46,058 nt of DNA. Origin: Bigelowiella natans CCMP2755. Its lineage: Eukaryota; Protista; Cercozoa. A program made the translations under genes and the position numbers. Shown here in pieces: positions 1-14,879 of the stretch. Under the pieces are notes generated by a model that searched no databases, had not been told where the DNA came from, and saw only the letters and a list, made by a program, of their open reading frames with translations. The DNA lies in assembly GCA_000320545.1 (NCBI GenBank), contig ADNK01002885.1, positions 1-46,058 on the forward strand, read 5' to 3'. Each line of letters starts with the position of its first letter. Position 1 is the first letter of the stretch.

Positions 1-216
1 TAACCCTAACCCTACCCTAACCCTAACCCTAACCCTAACCCTAACCCTAACCCTAACCCTAACCCTAACCCTAACCCTAACCCTAACCCTAACCCTAACC
101 CTAACCCTAACCCTAACCCTAACCCTAACCCTAACCCTAACCCTAACCCTAACCCTAACCCTAACCCTAACCCTAACCCTAACCCTAACCCTAACCCTAA
201 CCCTAACCCTAACCCT
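1..216. repeat. Telomeric repeat array (CCCTAA)n = (TTAGGG)n; chromosome left end
   Basis: Continuous CCCTAA units from base 1 to 216, with one 5-nt variant CCCTA near position 10-14. The array ends abruptly in CCCTGG. Confidence 0.98.
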
Positions 217-583
217 GGCTTTTGTGGTCACGTGGTTTTGTCATTGTGCAGTGCCAAGGTGGGTGGGGCCAGTTGATGACAGAGAAAATGGTGGCCGCGC
301 ACGTGCGTGACCAGAACTGTCATCGATCTCGCTCATGATCAAATGTTCGATTGCATTGGATTCAGTTGTTAGGGATGTTTGCGAGAATTGCTTGCATTGT
401 TCACGATGCAAGCTGTGAACGTGCACCAAACGTGCACTGAGCTCGAGACAGCACATGTCTTTGGACACATGCATGAGCTGCACAATGACGTTTTTTGTCG
501 ATGCAACACATGCTCGCCACACAACGTGCTAGCGTGCAAAATTGCAACAACAGCAGTCATTCATGTTTCTTCACACGTCTCTT

Positions 584-1164
584 TCACATTCTTCTTGGTG
601 TGGCACTGCTTCTTGAGTCTGGTGTGTGATCGTGACGACTTCGCCGTGAGGAAGACGATGTTCTGTGCCTACTTGTCGACACATGAGATTGTCGTCTCAT
701 TTCGGAACAATGCTCTCCATGTTGCTCCGCATGAGCTGCTCAAACAACTAGAGAAATACAAAATGTGGACGTACCTGATGTGAGGCGACTTGTAACTAGC
801 GCGCAATTGGTTGTCAGAGCGTGTTTGTCCCCTCTTTTTCTTTCTTGCTTGAAGTACTTTTATCGCAGCTGGAGACAAATCTACCACCCTATGAATATGT
901 AATTTAGACATCATCATTTGCTGCAAACGACGAGCGAATGAAAGATGATCACCTATTTCCTTTTGGAGTACGAATGGGTGTTGCTGAGGGAGTTTGCATA
1001 CGCTTTCTCTTTAATCGTCTCTCTTTATGTTTATCCACCAATCTGAGTCCTAATCGCTCCCTTAATGGCATGTCTGGTACCCTGTATGTTAATCAAATCG
1101 AATTGCCGACCTCACATGATTGCAAAAAATCATTGCATATCAATATATCAATACATCAATAAAT

Positions 1165-1201
<37 letters not shown>

Positions 1202-2710
1202 GTGTGTGTGTGTGTGTGTAACATGTTCACCTAAACTCAGACTGCTTCTGACGAATTTCCCCTTCAAATTTATCAATCGGATCCTCCTCCCTATTCATCG
1301 TCAATTATCAATTTCAATCGTCCTCAATAAATCTTGGTAAGAATGGAATTCTCATACTCTTCATATACATTTGTGCGTGTGTGTGTGTGTGTTTGGTTAT
1401 GTGTCGTACGGAGGACTCACTTAAGGTGCATAGGTGTTGAAGCAATGTTTCCCCACGTAATTATCGGTGAAGCCTGATGATAGCAGCATTGGGATATCAT
1501 CATCATTATTATTATTATTATTATTATTATTTTCAAAAGGTACGTAATGATAAGATAATCACAAGGATTATAATGATGATAATGATGATGACGGTGATGA
1601 TGGCAAGAACGGGTGGATGAATGATTTTAAAAAAGCAGACACATGTGCATATATTGTTCGCCTTTTTCTTCTCTCGTCGCAATATCTTAGCATGTTCCAC
1701 TTCGACTCATGATAAAGGAGGAGGGGGATGAGTAGCATATATACTACAGCTATATTTTTGAAAAAGTATTTGAATAGTAGTTGCTGCTATGAGCGTTGTT
1801 ATTACATTTCCTGCTTGATTTGGAGAGGGAGAGGGGGTTCTCATTAATTTATATCCTTTCACCATCGGAGTACTGCTGCTACTACTTCCCGCCTTCATTT
1901 AAAGAATAGAATATTAAGCATAATATTGATTTTGTACCATCATCTATCAGCAACTCATGAAATATAACTAGTATAAATTATTACCACGGTTGAATGGTGA
2001 CGTATCATGGGTGTCCGCATTGATTCAGCTATATCCTGCATTATCTGATTATGACAAAAATAGTTTTAAGACGCTATATTGGCGACAATTATTTCCTGCT
2101 GCATGATGTTATTCTTATAGATGTTAGATGGACATCAACCATTCGTTTCACCCCTACTACTACTACTACTACTACTACTACCTACTACTACTACTACTAC
2201 TCCAGAAAATTTCAATTTTCATTATTACTTGTGTTTCTATTGTTCCTGGAAATCTCGTATTCGTAGCAATAGTTTTCTTAGGCTCTTTGAAATTCTTTGG
2301 TTTGGGAGGTAATCTTGAACACCAACGACAAGAAAGAAAGACAGATATAAAGAAACAGTTAAAAGAGGACTTCAGAAAAAATATTTCACAATAGGTCGTA
2401 TAAGAGCTACAACTCCTGATAAAAAGGGGAAAAAGGGGATGAGAGGGGGGGGGTAATCAAGTGACATGTATATTATGTTGGTAATTATCCTATGAAGTTT
2501 AGTCCAGCAAACTCATAATGCCAATTGACGACATGTATATACTACTATCTTAGTAGTCATTATTCATCTAGCTCTAGCAAACCTACCCTTCAGGGTTATA
2601 CATCAGAGCATTTTTATTGGTGTAATTCCAAAACTTTACGCGTCCTTACATCATATACGAATATCACCATTAGTCCCTCTTCCAAAGTTATATGAAAAGT
2701 TGTTAATTTG

Positions 2711-2741
<31 letters not shown>

Positions 2742-3569
2742 ATACGACTCCTACTCTTCCTCTCCTACCTGTAGAGGTAGTATCGCCACATCCTTTTATC
2801 ATCATTTTGGTGCCTTGGAGATCCTAACAACATATTATAAATTCTTGCTTTTCATATCACCAACATCGTTGCTTTTATCTCTCTCTCGTTTGCCTGCTTT
2901 GAATGATCGTCGTCGTCATCGTCGTCGTAAAAAGTTGTGACACATATCAACCATAGTGGCCACTACTACTACTACCACTACTACTACCTTCTCTTTTAAC
3001 CACCAATATGACTTCTGTAGCTTTAATCGGTCCTTTTCAGAAGAAGAAATAGCAAAGCTTTTAGAATATTATTATCAGTTGTTATCAGCTCATCACGACA
3101 CTGCACCGTCATGGCAGAAACCACAACAATCACCATCACAACCATAATTATTCTCTCTGCTTATGCCAACTCTCAGATGTTGCGTCAAATAATGAAATTT
3201 CACCATCAACATCGCCATTACAGCAGCATATATTATATAGCAACAAGCTCAAATGTCATCTACCTTTGCTAGAATCTCTTGAAATGAAGCATTGTCTTCA
3301 CTCGTATGAGTTGCTACGAATTCGCTTAGTTTCAGATCCTACGTGTAGTAGTAGTTGGTAGTCGTAGTAGTAGTAGTATTAGGGAGAGCATCATAAAACA
3401 AAACACAGTCAAACTAGCAGTTGATAAAAGCAACTTTTTTGTTCCCCATGGCGAGTATGTGTAGATCAGCTGAATCCATTCCTCCTCTGTGCTACTACTT
3501 ATGGTGAGATAAGCTACTACTACTACTACTAGTACCTTGCCCTTTTCTTACTACTACTTACCCCTACTG

Positions 3570-3607
<38 letters not shown>

Positions 3608-4812
3608 TTACTACTACTACCTTAGCCCTCTTCTTCGATATCAAACGGCTGCTGCGTGTGAGAGAGGATATTACGCTTCCCTGAAATATATAGGTATTAC
3701 TTTATTTTTTGGACTTAGCCAGATCAGACCAACTGATTCGACTACGTAGTCGTATGCAACAGTATTAATGAGTGGTAGTAGTGGTAGTGGTAGTAGTACG
3801 GTCATTTCTGATTTGGAGTCTTCAAAATCGGTAGTAACTCTTCTTCTTCTACTGCTTGGAATTTACAATGCAAAAACAAACTACTTAGATACACGCAAGC
3901 GAAGAACAGTGCCCTAATGCCAACGTGCTGATAGGCAGATAGACATACAGCCAGACGAGGAAGTTTCCATTCGAAAATAAAATGGCCTTTAGAAGCTAGC
4001 TACTACAACCTTGATGTATGGTCTGGCCGTAGGTCATCGATAGGATCATGGAGTAAGTCCCGTGTTGTATGCGGAGTTTCATCCTCAAATGACGTTCCCC
4101 TTCCTCTAAGCTGAGAGACAGGTGTGTCTCCTGCTCTTCTCAATATACTGCTACTACCACCGTTTGAAAATGATGTTGCTGGAGTCATTCCTGTTGTTTC
4201 CGAATATTATCAATCTCTTTGATATAAAGGAAACATTACTTTGGATGTTTCATATGAATAAGGAAACAAAATCAAGTGCCGTTGTTCGAATATAGAATGC
4301 AAGGCTACTACTTACTACCCGGGGTCTGATCCCCTGCTGAAGACCCTTGAATGGTCTTATCGATTGCGTGAAGGTCAGGAAAGTAATCCCTCCTGTAGCA
4401 TGATCAGAAGAGCAGTCATATAACTCATTCATTATTTCGTGCCGTTTAATGAGATATTACCGAATTATATGTTCCATAGTACTGACATAAGTGTCCTCAT
4501 TGAGAATTTTCTTCCTCCTCACTTTTGGTTTCGGAGCCTTAAGAAGGTGGATTAGTTGTATGCATGAGGCCCTTTCGACAAAGATTGTGGGAATCAAATC
4601 AAAGACCTTAAACTCCATTTTGCTGACAGCATTAGCAGCTTTCTCCGCGCCTGGAAGTCGGGAAATTTCGTTGGCGTTTGCAATTGCTGTTCCTTTACCA
4701 CCACCAGCCGCACCGGCTCTTACCTACAGAGAGCTTATTATAAGATCCTAGCAAATGTAACTCTAGAAATGTATTTACTGACCAGTGAGTTTGAAACCTT
4801 GGGCTTGGTCAT
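584..4812 (-). CDS. ESS2: Splicing factor ESS-2 / DGCR14 (nuclear protein Es2) homolog, multi-exon
   Basis: Spliced minus-strand exons give KKILNEDTYVSTMEHII-RRDYFPDL (~4510-4370), LSEFVATHTSEDNASFQEILAK (~3335-3265), MVKGYKLMRTPSPSP (~1865-1820), SPIITWGNIASTP (~1470-1430), FRVPDMPLRERLGLRL (~1080-1035) and LSPAAIKVL...DNQLRASYKSP (~875-785). These match Es2-family motifs in order. The last exon is 668-584 and ends in TGA. The start (MTKPK at 4812) is tentative. Confidence 0.88.
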
Positions 4813-5278
4813 GTTAATTAAACAGCTACTTTCTTTCTCCTTCCTCCGAGGAGGGCTGGGTAAACCACTTGTTCGAAGGAGTTCTCTGGAGATCCTGAGA
4901 TCCCCTGAGTTTTCACATGCATCTCTGAATGATCTCGAGATGGATATTTCAGATACGTTGTCGGATTTTTGATCCCGTAGATCTTTCGAGCATTGCTCAA
5001 CTCTCTTGGGCAACATATCAGCGAAAATCTGCCCAAAGCACCCTCGCCATTCCTACATTCCACACTTGATAACACAAAATTCAGTGGTCCGAATGTTGGT
5101 AATAATATTTTAGTTATTTATTCGGTATATTTTGTTATTACAAGGACCTTGTCGCCAGTAACGAACTCTTGTTTTTTCCCACGACTTCCTTAGACCTCAT
5201 CTTCCAAAAATCCGTCATCAACTCGCCTCCCAACCCCCGCCCTCCCTAAGCATCCATTTTATATTCTACCAATAGCTG

Positions 5279-6571
<1,293 letters not shown>

Positions 6572-7249
6572 CTGTAACAATATATTGAGAAGACGTAGGA
6601 ATTTGTATTTGTTTTGCCCTAGAGTTATTTGACACAAGGGGTAATGGAAGCTACACCACATTATATACCACGCATGTAGCGTGTTGCGTGTTATCGCTCC
6701 ACATCAGATATCAGAGGGTTTAGAACAAGTAGGGGATGGTGCTGAGATAGGTGGCAATTCATGCCTCTGTCTTAGAGTTGTATGCACTTGAAACACATAT
6801 CTGAGATACATTGGATATATTATACGACTGAGTTGTGTGCAAGACAGTACTTTAAAATAATATTAGGATCTTTTCTCAAAATTATGCTGCCTATCTAGCT
6901 ATCTAGCTATACATGCAAGCAGCATCGCATGACGAGCTCACGTCGCGCCGCTAGTGATAAGCAGCGATGACATTTCAGATTTATTTGGACAAGCTACTGG
7001 CAAGGCATGCTAGCATGTTAGAGATCGTACATGCATGTCGCAGGCAAGAGCGTAATGTTCACTGGCGCATCGGAGTATATGGCACAGAGTTCGTATCCCT
7101 ATCTAGCTATGTCTAGCTATATTTGTTCGGTTGCTGCATCTGATCAGATACGAGATGTACGTACTACGTATACACGCACTGCTTGACTGCTGTCTAGCTA
7201 TATAGCTGCGCACGAAATGCGCGCCATTGCTGCATGCAGACCGAAAGAA

Positions 7250-7570
7250 CATGCATGATATTTGATCGCATGCGAAACACATCTTAGCGGAGACCAACAG
7301 ATTTAACATCAGCGCTGCATCATTGCACAGCTACATGAGGATGACCAGTCTAGCAGTGCTAGATTGAACAAATTTAATTTAATTGTTCATTCTAGCATTA
7401 CATGTATCCGTCTTACATGACAGCAGGGAACAGATGCTTTTAAATGCATGAAACACATAATGGACGAGACAAATATATACAACCTAAGCGCTGTAGCCGC
7501 TGCGTTGCATAGCTACATTAGGATGACTATTGAAAATATTTAATCACTTCATTATATCCGTCTTACATGT
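7250..7570. repeat. Diverged ~180-bp direct repeat (2 copies), first copy containing a hairpin
   Basis: Shared blocks gaaacacat, agcgctg, ttgcaYagctacatKaggatgac and tatccgtcttacatg occur at ~7274-7419 and ~7450-7569. Inverted repeat tgctagattgaacaa...ttgttcattctagca spans 7357-7397. Confidence 0.7.
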
Positions 7571-7709
7571 GCATGATTGCTACGACACATGCACTAGGGA
7601 CACGTATAGGCATTCACACACACACACAAACACACACACACACACACACACACACATATGTGTGTCTGTTCACAATGCCATGACACACTAGGCACACATG
7701 TAGGCATTG

Positions 7710-7750
<41 letters not shown>

Positions 7751-7819
7751 GTACATGTGTACCTAATGCACCAACAAATGTAGCAACAGTTTTTCAGAAA
7801 ACATAGCATTTTGCTAATG

Positions 7820-8122
7820 TTACAAATCAAGAGCAACTCTGAGACTTTGAGCAGATTTTTTGACTACATCATCTGAGTTCTTTATCAAAATTCCAAAGAT
7901 TTCTTCCAAAGCTGGGCGGGGGGGGGGAAAAACCAATGAAAAACATGTTAAAACTTGCATGCATCGTACAATGAAACATGCAGAAGGGGGAGACCTGTTT
8001 CAGCCTGACTTGTAATCATCATTATCGTTAAAGTAATTCTCCCTGCTTGCGACACCTCATTCAAAATCTACAGATATGAATTTATGTTTATACTCTTAAG
8101 CGCGGAACAAATCGAGACAGAT

Positions 8123-8156
<34 letters not shown>

Positions 8157-8186
8157 TATATTAACACCTACTACCGCCACCACCAT

Positions 8187-8219
<33 letters not shown>

Positions 8220-9358
8220 CGATAGGCATTCGTGGGGGAATTTGTCCACCACCACCTCTCTCAAGCACACCAAAATGTTACTTAGCATTTCATTGTCCAA
8301 CGATCCTACCAACAACCAGAAGACGACACATATGATGATAAGTAAATGCATAACAATGACTCTTATTAACACTAAAAGCGACTGCTACTGCTACTACTAC
8401 TACTACCACTACTGCTATTACTACTGTCATATAATACCTTCTGGCTTAAATATGTTGGCCAGAGTATTTTTTTCGAGATTCCTCAAATAAGTGAAGAAAC
8501 CTTTGTGCTTCTTTATCCTATCGTTCTGATCACCACTGTCTTCTTCTGAGAAGGGGGGGAAAAACTTTCGAGTTTGCGTTCTGAAGTCATAGGATGTACG
8601 TGGAAGAGGCTGCTGCTGCTGCTGAGCAACCTTTGCTTTATTTTCTATTGGTGCGGAAGAAGAAGAGCTTTGGTATTTTGTGGAGTCATCACTTGCTTTA
8701 TTTCCATCATCGTTGTTGTAGTCGTTGTAATGACTATTGCTATTATTTTCGTCTTTCACGTCATCTCCCCCTCCCTGAGTTCTTGTGCTTGAACCATCAT
8801 TTTTGTCACCTTCATCATCATCATAATCATCATTATCATTATCATTCTTGTCGTCATCATCATCATCCTTAATTGTCAAACATACTCTCTACTATTTCTC
8901 TGCTTCTTCCTTCGCGTGCAGATACAACTCGTTCGGTCGGTCAGCATAATTTCCATCAAAACATCACCATTACGACAAGCATAATTTCTACCAACATCAA
9001 CATCATAATCGTTGATGTCTTCTTCAGTTATACATTAATTGATGGAGAGGGCATTTTAACATGATAGGCTGGTGATTTATTATAACAACTGTCTGTACGC
9101 ACAAACACACACGCACGCTATTATTATATATGCATAGAGAGAGGGCTCACCATGGTGCTTTGGTGGTGGATGATGAGCATCCGCTGAAGCCTCCCGAAAT
9201 GCTGTTGCGACAACCATCGATGCCCTTTCTGATAAATAATAGAAATGATTAGTAACTCGAAATATTTGATATTTATCTTTAATATTCAACATAAAAAAAA
9301 TAACAGCAGCACCAACATCAACTGGTGATTCTCCCTTTGCTGCTGCTATTGCGACGAT

Positions 9359-9390
<32 letters not shown>

Positions 9391-9473
9391 CTACTACTAT
9401 TACTATATATCTCTGATCTTTAGGTTTCTTCCCGTAAATCCAACTTCTATCACTACTTCCACTGTTACTACTG

Positions 9474-9505
<32 letters not shown>

Positions 9506-12021
9506 GACTGCTGCTTTTACCCATAGCATTTTCCATCTCCTTAAACATTTCTAACGGGTCCACTTTTCCAGATTTTAAACTGAACGCATTATTAGGGTAA
9601 ATAAGTGTTACGAAAAGCTGCTTCTTAACGATCAGCAGACAGAGTGCAGCGTACGATGGGCAATCTTCTTCTTTTTCTTCTTCTTCTTCTTATTATTATC
9701 ATTTATCATTGTTAACGATAGTAACAGCGCATCCAACATACCCACAGTATTTAGAAAGCAGCAGCAGTACTAGCTACTACATCCTGCCCTCCCCCCTCCC
9801 TTCCCTCTCCCTACTACCATCACCAAAACAACAACAACAACAACTACTACTACTACTACTTCTACTACTAGTACCGTTGATCCCTTTCTTTCACATATTG
9901 ATCTAATTTCCGTTTAGCTTCAGGATCTTCCATGATCGACGAGGAGGAGGAGGCGGAGGGGGTTGAAGCAATACGATGATTTCCAGCATCATCACTGCTA
10001 TTAGAGGGTATAGTAGCAGTAGAAAAAGTGGTGGTGGCTGATGATAATATCGATATTTCCTTCTCATTCTTCATCTTCTTCTTCTTCTTCTTCTTCGCCT
10101 TTTGCTGATAGGCTTGTGTTGGCAGTATCGTCGTAGTATCTTCTTTGTACTTGACTCCTACTACCATGTTTGTTAGAATGAGATATATAGTACCAACATA
10201 GTTAGTTTCATCTTTACTAGCAATCAACATCATCGTCTCTCGCTTTCAATGTTACCCCCTCTATTTTAAGAAACGAATATGGTTTATAATATAAGGTGTT
10301 CCTTTCTTCTTTTTCTTTTTCTTCTTCTTCTTTTTCTTCTTCTTCTTCTTCTTCTTCTTCTTGTTCTTCTTCTTCAGCCGCAGCATCATTGTCATTCATT
10401 CACCATCCATTCATGATTTCATATATAGTAGCATCAACATAATTACGAGGAAGAGGAGGGGCCTTATCCACATCCCTTCGCTCCTAGATTGCCATGAGTC
10501 ATTATAACACACACAATTAATGATAATACTAATAGTACTACTAGTAATAATAATAATAATAATTCGTTTGGATCTGATGATACAACGTCCTCTCATGATA
10601 ACCACCCGTTAAAAATGGGGCCTTTTCTCATCAATATTAGCATTGACCTTGGTTTCTTCATGTTCCCCCTCTTGCTCATCTTCTTCCTCCTCCTCCTCCT
10701 CTATTTGTATTGCTATTCTACGATATCTACCAGATGATGAACGCCCTGCTGCATGTAAGTGCAAAGTATATATTATAGATCTTAAGTGTGTGAAAGTATA
10801 TTATAGATCTTTTGCTATCGATGACGAGTACAATACTACATTGTTATAATTGCTGATCTAACATTAAATATTGCTAGGTAAATATAACGATAAGTAGCAA
10901 GCTATACATGTCTACTGACCGTTATTGTCTTTGATGTTTGGGGAGGCAGCACCTGCGTGAACACCACCACCACCACCACCACCACTACTACTACTACTAC
11001 TACAACTACTTTTTACTCCGACATCTCCTCCTGCAGCTATCTCCTTTGCTCTTTTTGGCTGCTGTGGTTGTCTTTTTTGTGTGATAATATGTATTTGTTT
11101 GCCATCATCATCCATCTTCGTCTTTTCCTTCTCCTTCTTCTTCTCGTTCTCCTCCTTTACCTCCTCTTCACTGGTTTTGATAATGATGTTAGGTTGCTGC
11201 CTGAGCGCTGGCTTTTGTTTAATGGTGGCAGCCTCTTCTATACATTTTTGACGGGCAAATGCCATCTCACTCTTCCAACATCCAGGATTTATATTAGCAG
11301 TAGTAAGAGAAGGAAGAGAAGAGAGCAGTAACAGAAGGATGGGAAGGAGGAGAAGGAGAAGGTCAAAAAGAAATGATATTAGTATGATCAATAGCAATTG
11401 ATAATTGTATATGGTATTTGATTTTATGCTTTATAGGGAAATCTCTAGAGGTCAGCATAACTCTAATGATTGTTGAAAAACTCTTTTCTTGCTACTTCTT
11501 ACCTCTAACTGTTCAATAACTCTTTTATTTGTACTCCCCCCTCCTCCTCCTCCTCCATCTCTTTCGAGTTGGGCGAGACCAACAGCAAATCTAATGAAGA
11601 AGAAGATAAAAGCAAATCATTTAAGCGAGGACAGAGCAAATATTATTCGTGAAGTTATGCTACTATGGTACTTGACTATGGTACTTCCTTTCTTCATGCA
11701 TGCTTCTTGTTAATCAAGAGAGGAGAATAATATACATATTAATAACAAAAACACTATTAACAATAATAACAATAATTATAATAATAATAATTAATAATAA
11801 AATTAAAGTCATAAAAAATATAAATGATAAGACTGATATTTGAAAAAGAAGAGGAGGATATTATGCTTATATGAAATAATGAACGAGTAAACGAGATGAA
11901 GTTATTACTAATACCCAAAATCTTCAGCTGCTAATTTCCACTTGCACATCGCTTTCCTGATTACAGATTCATTATTTACTTACAGTGTAATACAATGCAA
12001 TGTAACAAATAGTGGAACAAA

Positions 12022-12054
<33 letters not shown>

Positions 12055-12124
12055 AACCATGGCAAACTGACTGATTCACTGACAGACAGCGTCTCCATCT
12101 TACTCGATATAATATATACATATT

Positions 12125-12162
<38 letters not shown>

Positions 12163-13315
12163 ATTGTTGTTATATATGAAATAACTATTGAATCATGCTG
12201 CTGGTGCTACTGATGATGATGATGATGATGATGACGACGACGATGACAATATTCCTCAATTCAGTGAAGAGTTATTATCAATTCTATGATCATCGCAGAT
12301 GAAGCACATATGTTATTATATCATTGAATTTAAGTAGTCTTGTAGATAACCGTATGATAGCGCGTCTTTTGTTGGCCTTCAAGCTGAAAGGATCAACTAT
12401 CAAAGCCTTACTGCAGTCTTCCTCAGCCATTTCTAGACGGCCTAAGTGGTGGTGGTGGTCGTGGTTTGTATAATATGACGTATCATCATGACACCTATAC
12501 TATAGATTGGCGAAAATCAATTAGGAGGTAGTAGGTGAGATAATGTGATAGATGATCAACACTTAGCTTGTGTCAAAACGGGGCAGCAGCAATTTTAGAT
12601 GCAGCTCATAAATCCAGTCACACACATCTCTAGTAACATTAAAGGAGGAGGAGGAGGAGGAGCAGCACCGATTTTGTAGTGGCAGAGTGCTCGGTTATTC
12701 CACAGAATGTGGATAATGTCTTTCACCTTCAACAACGATGTAGTAGTAGTAGTAGTTCGGTTACTTCTTTCGTATATTTATATATGCGGCGACAATCGTG
12801 ATATTCGTTCTTTTATTGCACAAGAAGGAGGTTGTCGTCATTTTTGAGGATATCATGAATGCTACAATTATATAGACGACGGACGCACCTTTTGATCCAG
12901 ATTTCTTACATTACTGATGAGAGGTACCTTGATGACAATGATGATGATGATGATGATGACGATGATGATGGTAATAACAACAAATCTCAAGTGTTGAATT
13001 TGAAGCTAATAAGATCCGTAGATTGCTGGCTGAAAGACAAGTGACAGGTAAATGATGTAATATAACACTAACGTTGCAATATGTTTCAAAGAAGATAAAA
13101 GAGCACATGTGTAATAATATTTCTATGCTAAACTTATGCGCTCTGTAACATGTATGCTACATCATATTTTGTTTGTGTGATGTGCTGTGCGCTACTAACG
13201 TCAGATTTAAGAACCCAGCACCTTTTCTACTGCATCTGTGTAGTGCTTTATGGCATCTTTGTACTGTGATGCCCGAAACGCCTGCAGCAGCAGCATGATG
13301 CCCATAATTAGTGTT

Positions 13316-13359
<44 letters not shown>

Positions 13360-13445
13360 GTTTGACGTAGTCGGTTGCAGTGAGACTCATATATCTACAA
13401 CATACCTTATTTCCTTTTTCTTTCAGATTCTGCAGCAAGTCTAAC
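7820..13445 (-). CDS. TPR + RPAP3_C domain Hsp70/Hsp90 co-chaperone (RPAP3/SPAG1-like), multi-exon; 5' end uncertain
   Basis: TPR exons LKEKGNK|AFRASQYKDAIKHYTDAVEK, ILWNNRALCHYKI|GRLEMAEEDCSKALIVDPFSLKANKRRAII|RKAMCKWKLAAEDF. The C-terminus LPRTSYDF...FFTYLRNLEKNTLANIFKPEG|SLDNEMLSNILVCL...ILNEVSQAGRITLTIMMI...ALEEIFGIL...DL* resembles RPAP3_C. Stop TAA is at 7822-7820. The start codon was not located. Confidence 0.78.
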
Positions 13446-13709
13446 ATCTGAAATATTTACTTGCGAGATTTTGGAACAAATTTTGCAAAGTCGGATGATG
13501 AAGTAATCGTTGCAAGATGGCATTGATGACGGGTGATAGGATGACGACGGATGATAAAGTAATCGTTGTATGATGACGGTGATAGATGGCGATGGGTAAT
13601 CGCAGAACTGATCTCCCATTATTTATTTTGTGTGGAAACAATATTGAAGGGAGGTTGATCAACAAGTAACGAAATGAAAAGCTATTCCAAGTTACAACAC
13701 CTATCACTA

Positions 13710-13742
<33 letters not shown>

Positions 13743-14086
13743 TGAGGAATAATAATGCCTCTTAGTGTTCGTATCAGATCTACCGTGCAATGGGGTCGGT
13801 CGCTCGGTCGATCAAAGATAATCTTTGAGTATAAGATCAGTCTTAAATCTCTATGCTGTGCTTAATTTCTACCTAAAATCACCGATAAACGATGATATAC
13901 GACAAGGTAGAGGAACCTTCCAGTCTTAAAGTTCAACATAAAAATAGTGTGCGACATAAAAATAGTGTTGTCGTAGTAGATATTTGGTGGTAGGGTTGTT
14001 ATGAGTACAATTATGTCTTAAACAAGTTCTGCTGTTACCGACGACAGACACACATCATAGCCAGAGCAATGTGATGCATCATCATT

Positions 14087-14123
<37 letters not shown>

Positions 14124-14279
14124 CCGAAGGGATGGGCTAGATAAATGGGCAAAAGATTGATGTACAATGATTTCTTTCACATTGGGCAAGGAAGAATTTT
14201 TCATCTTGAAGCTTGGTAACGGCCAAACGATGCTGTTATATAAATCTTTTTTCTGGATATGATGCCTTTAGCAATCGCC

Positions 14280-14553
14280 ATGGCCGATGAAAAACATGTA
14301 GCTGGAAACCATTTCGATGACGAGGATGATGTAAGAGACGATGAAGATGAGACTGAAAAGGTTGACTTATCCAAACTAGTAAGATAAGCAATCAGAAGAC
14401 AAAAAAGATAATAACACGTTTGGTACTGTTGTCCAATAAACACAAATTTCACTAGGGAGAGGTAGGTCTTGAAGATGAGGAAAAAAGGCTTGCTGAACTC
14501 AAAGTTCGTATACATTCATATTTTGTAATATTTACTGCAGATGAGTGGCAATA

Positions 14554-14593
<40 letters not shown>

Positions 14594-14595
14594 TA

Positions 14596-14654
<59 letters not shown>

Positions 14655-14656
14655 TA

Positions 14657-14695
<39 letters not shown>

Positions 14696-14728
14696 AGTGT
14701 GTGTGAGTGTGTGTGTTATTGCCCACTC

Positions 14729-14767
<39 letters not shown>

Positions 14768-14799
14768 ATAATATAATAGATATTACTCTTAACAACATA

Positions 14800-14879
<80 letters not shown>

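Noticed and set aside
10-14. Variant telomere unit CCCTA
   Set aside because: A single-base deletion at the contig edge is likely a read or consensus error, or ordinary telomerase slippage.
241-783. His/Cys-rich ORFs next to the telomere (e.g. 379..783 +)
   Set aside because: They are a by-product of TpA loss, which removes stops and Tyr codons. The longest overlaps the real ESS2 terminal exons antisense, and none has a recognisable domain.
2051-3749. Poly-Y/T/L ORFs, and similar [12 protein letters not shown] ORFs throughout the window
   Set aside because: They are translations of intronic microsatellites.
4818-5260. Possible alternative genetic code (TAA/TAG readthrough) or an extra gene upstream of ESS2
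   Set aside because: All conserved genes reconstruct with the standard code and GT-AG introns, and they end in TAA or TGA. The region is better explained as UTR/promoter between divergent genes.
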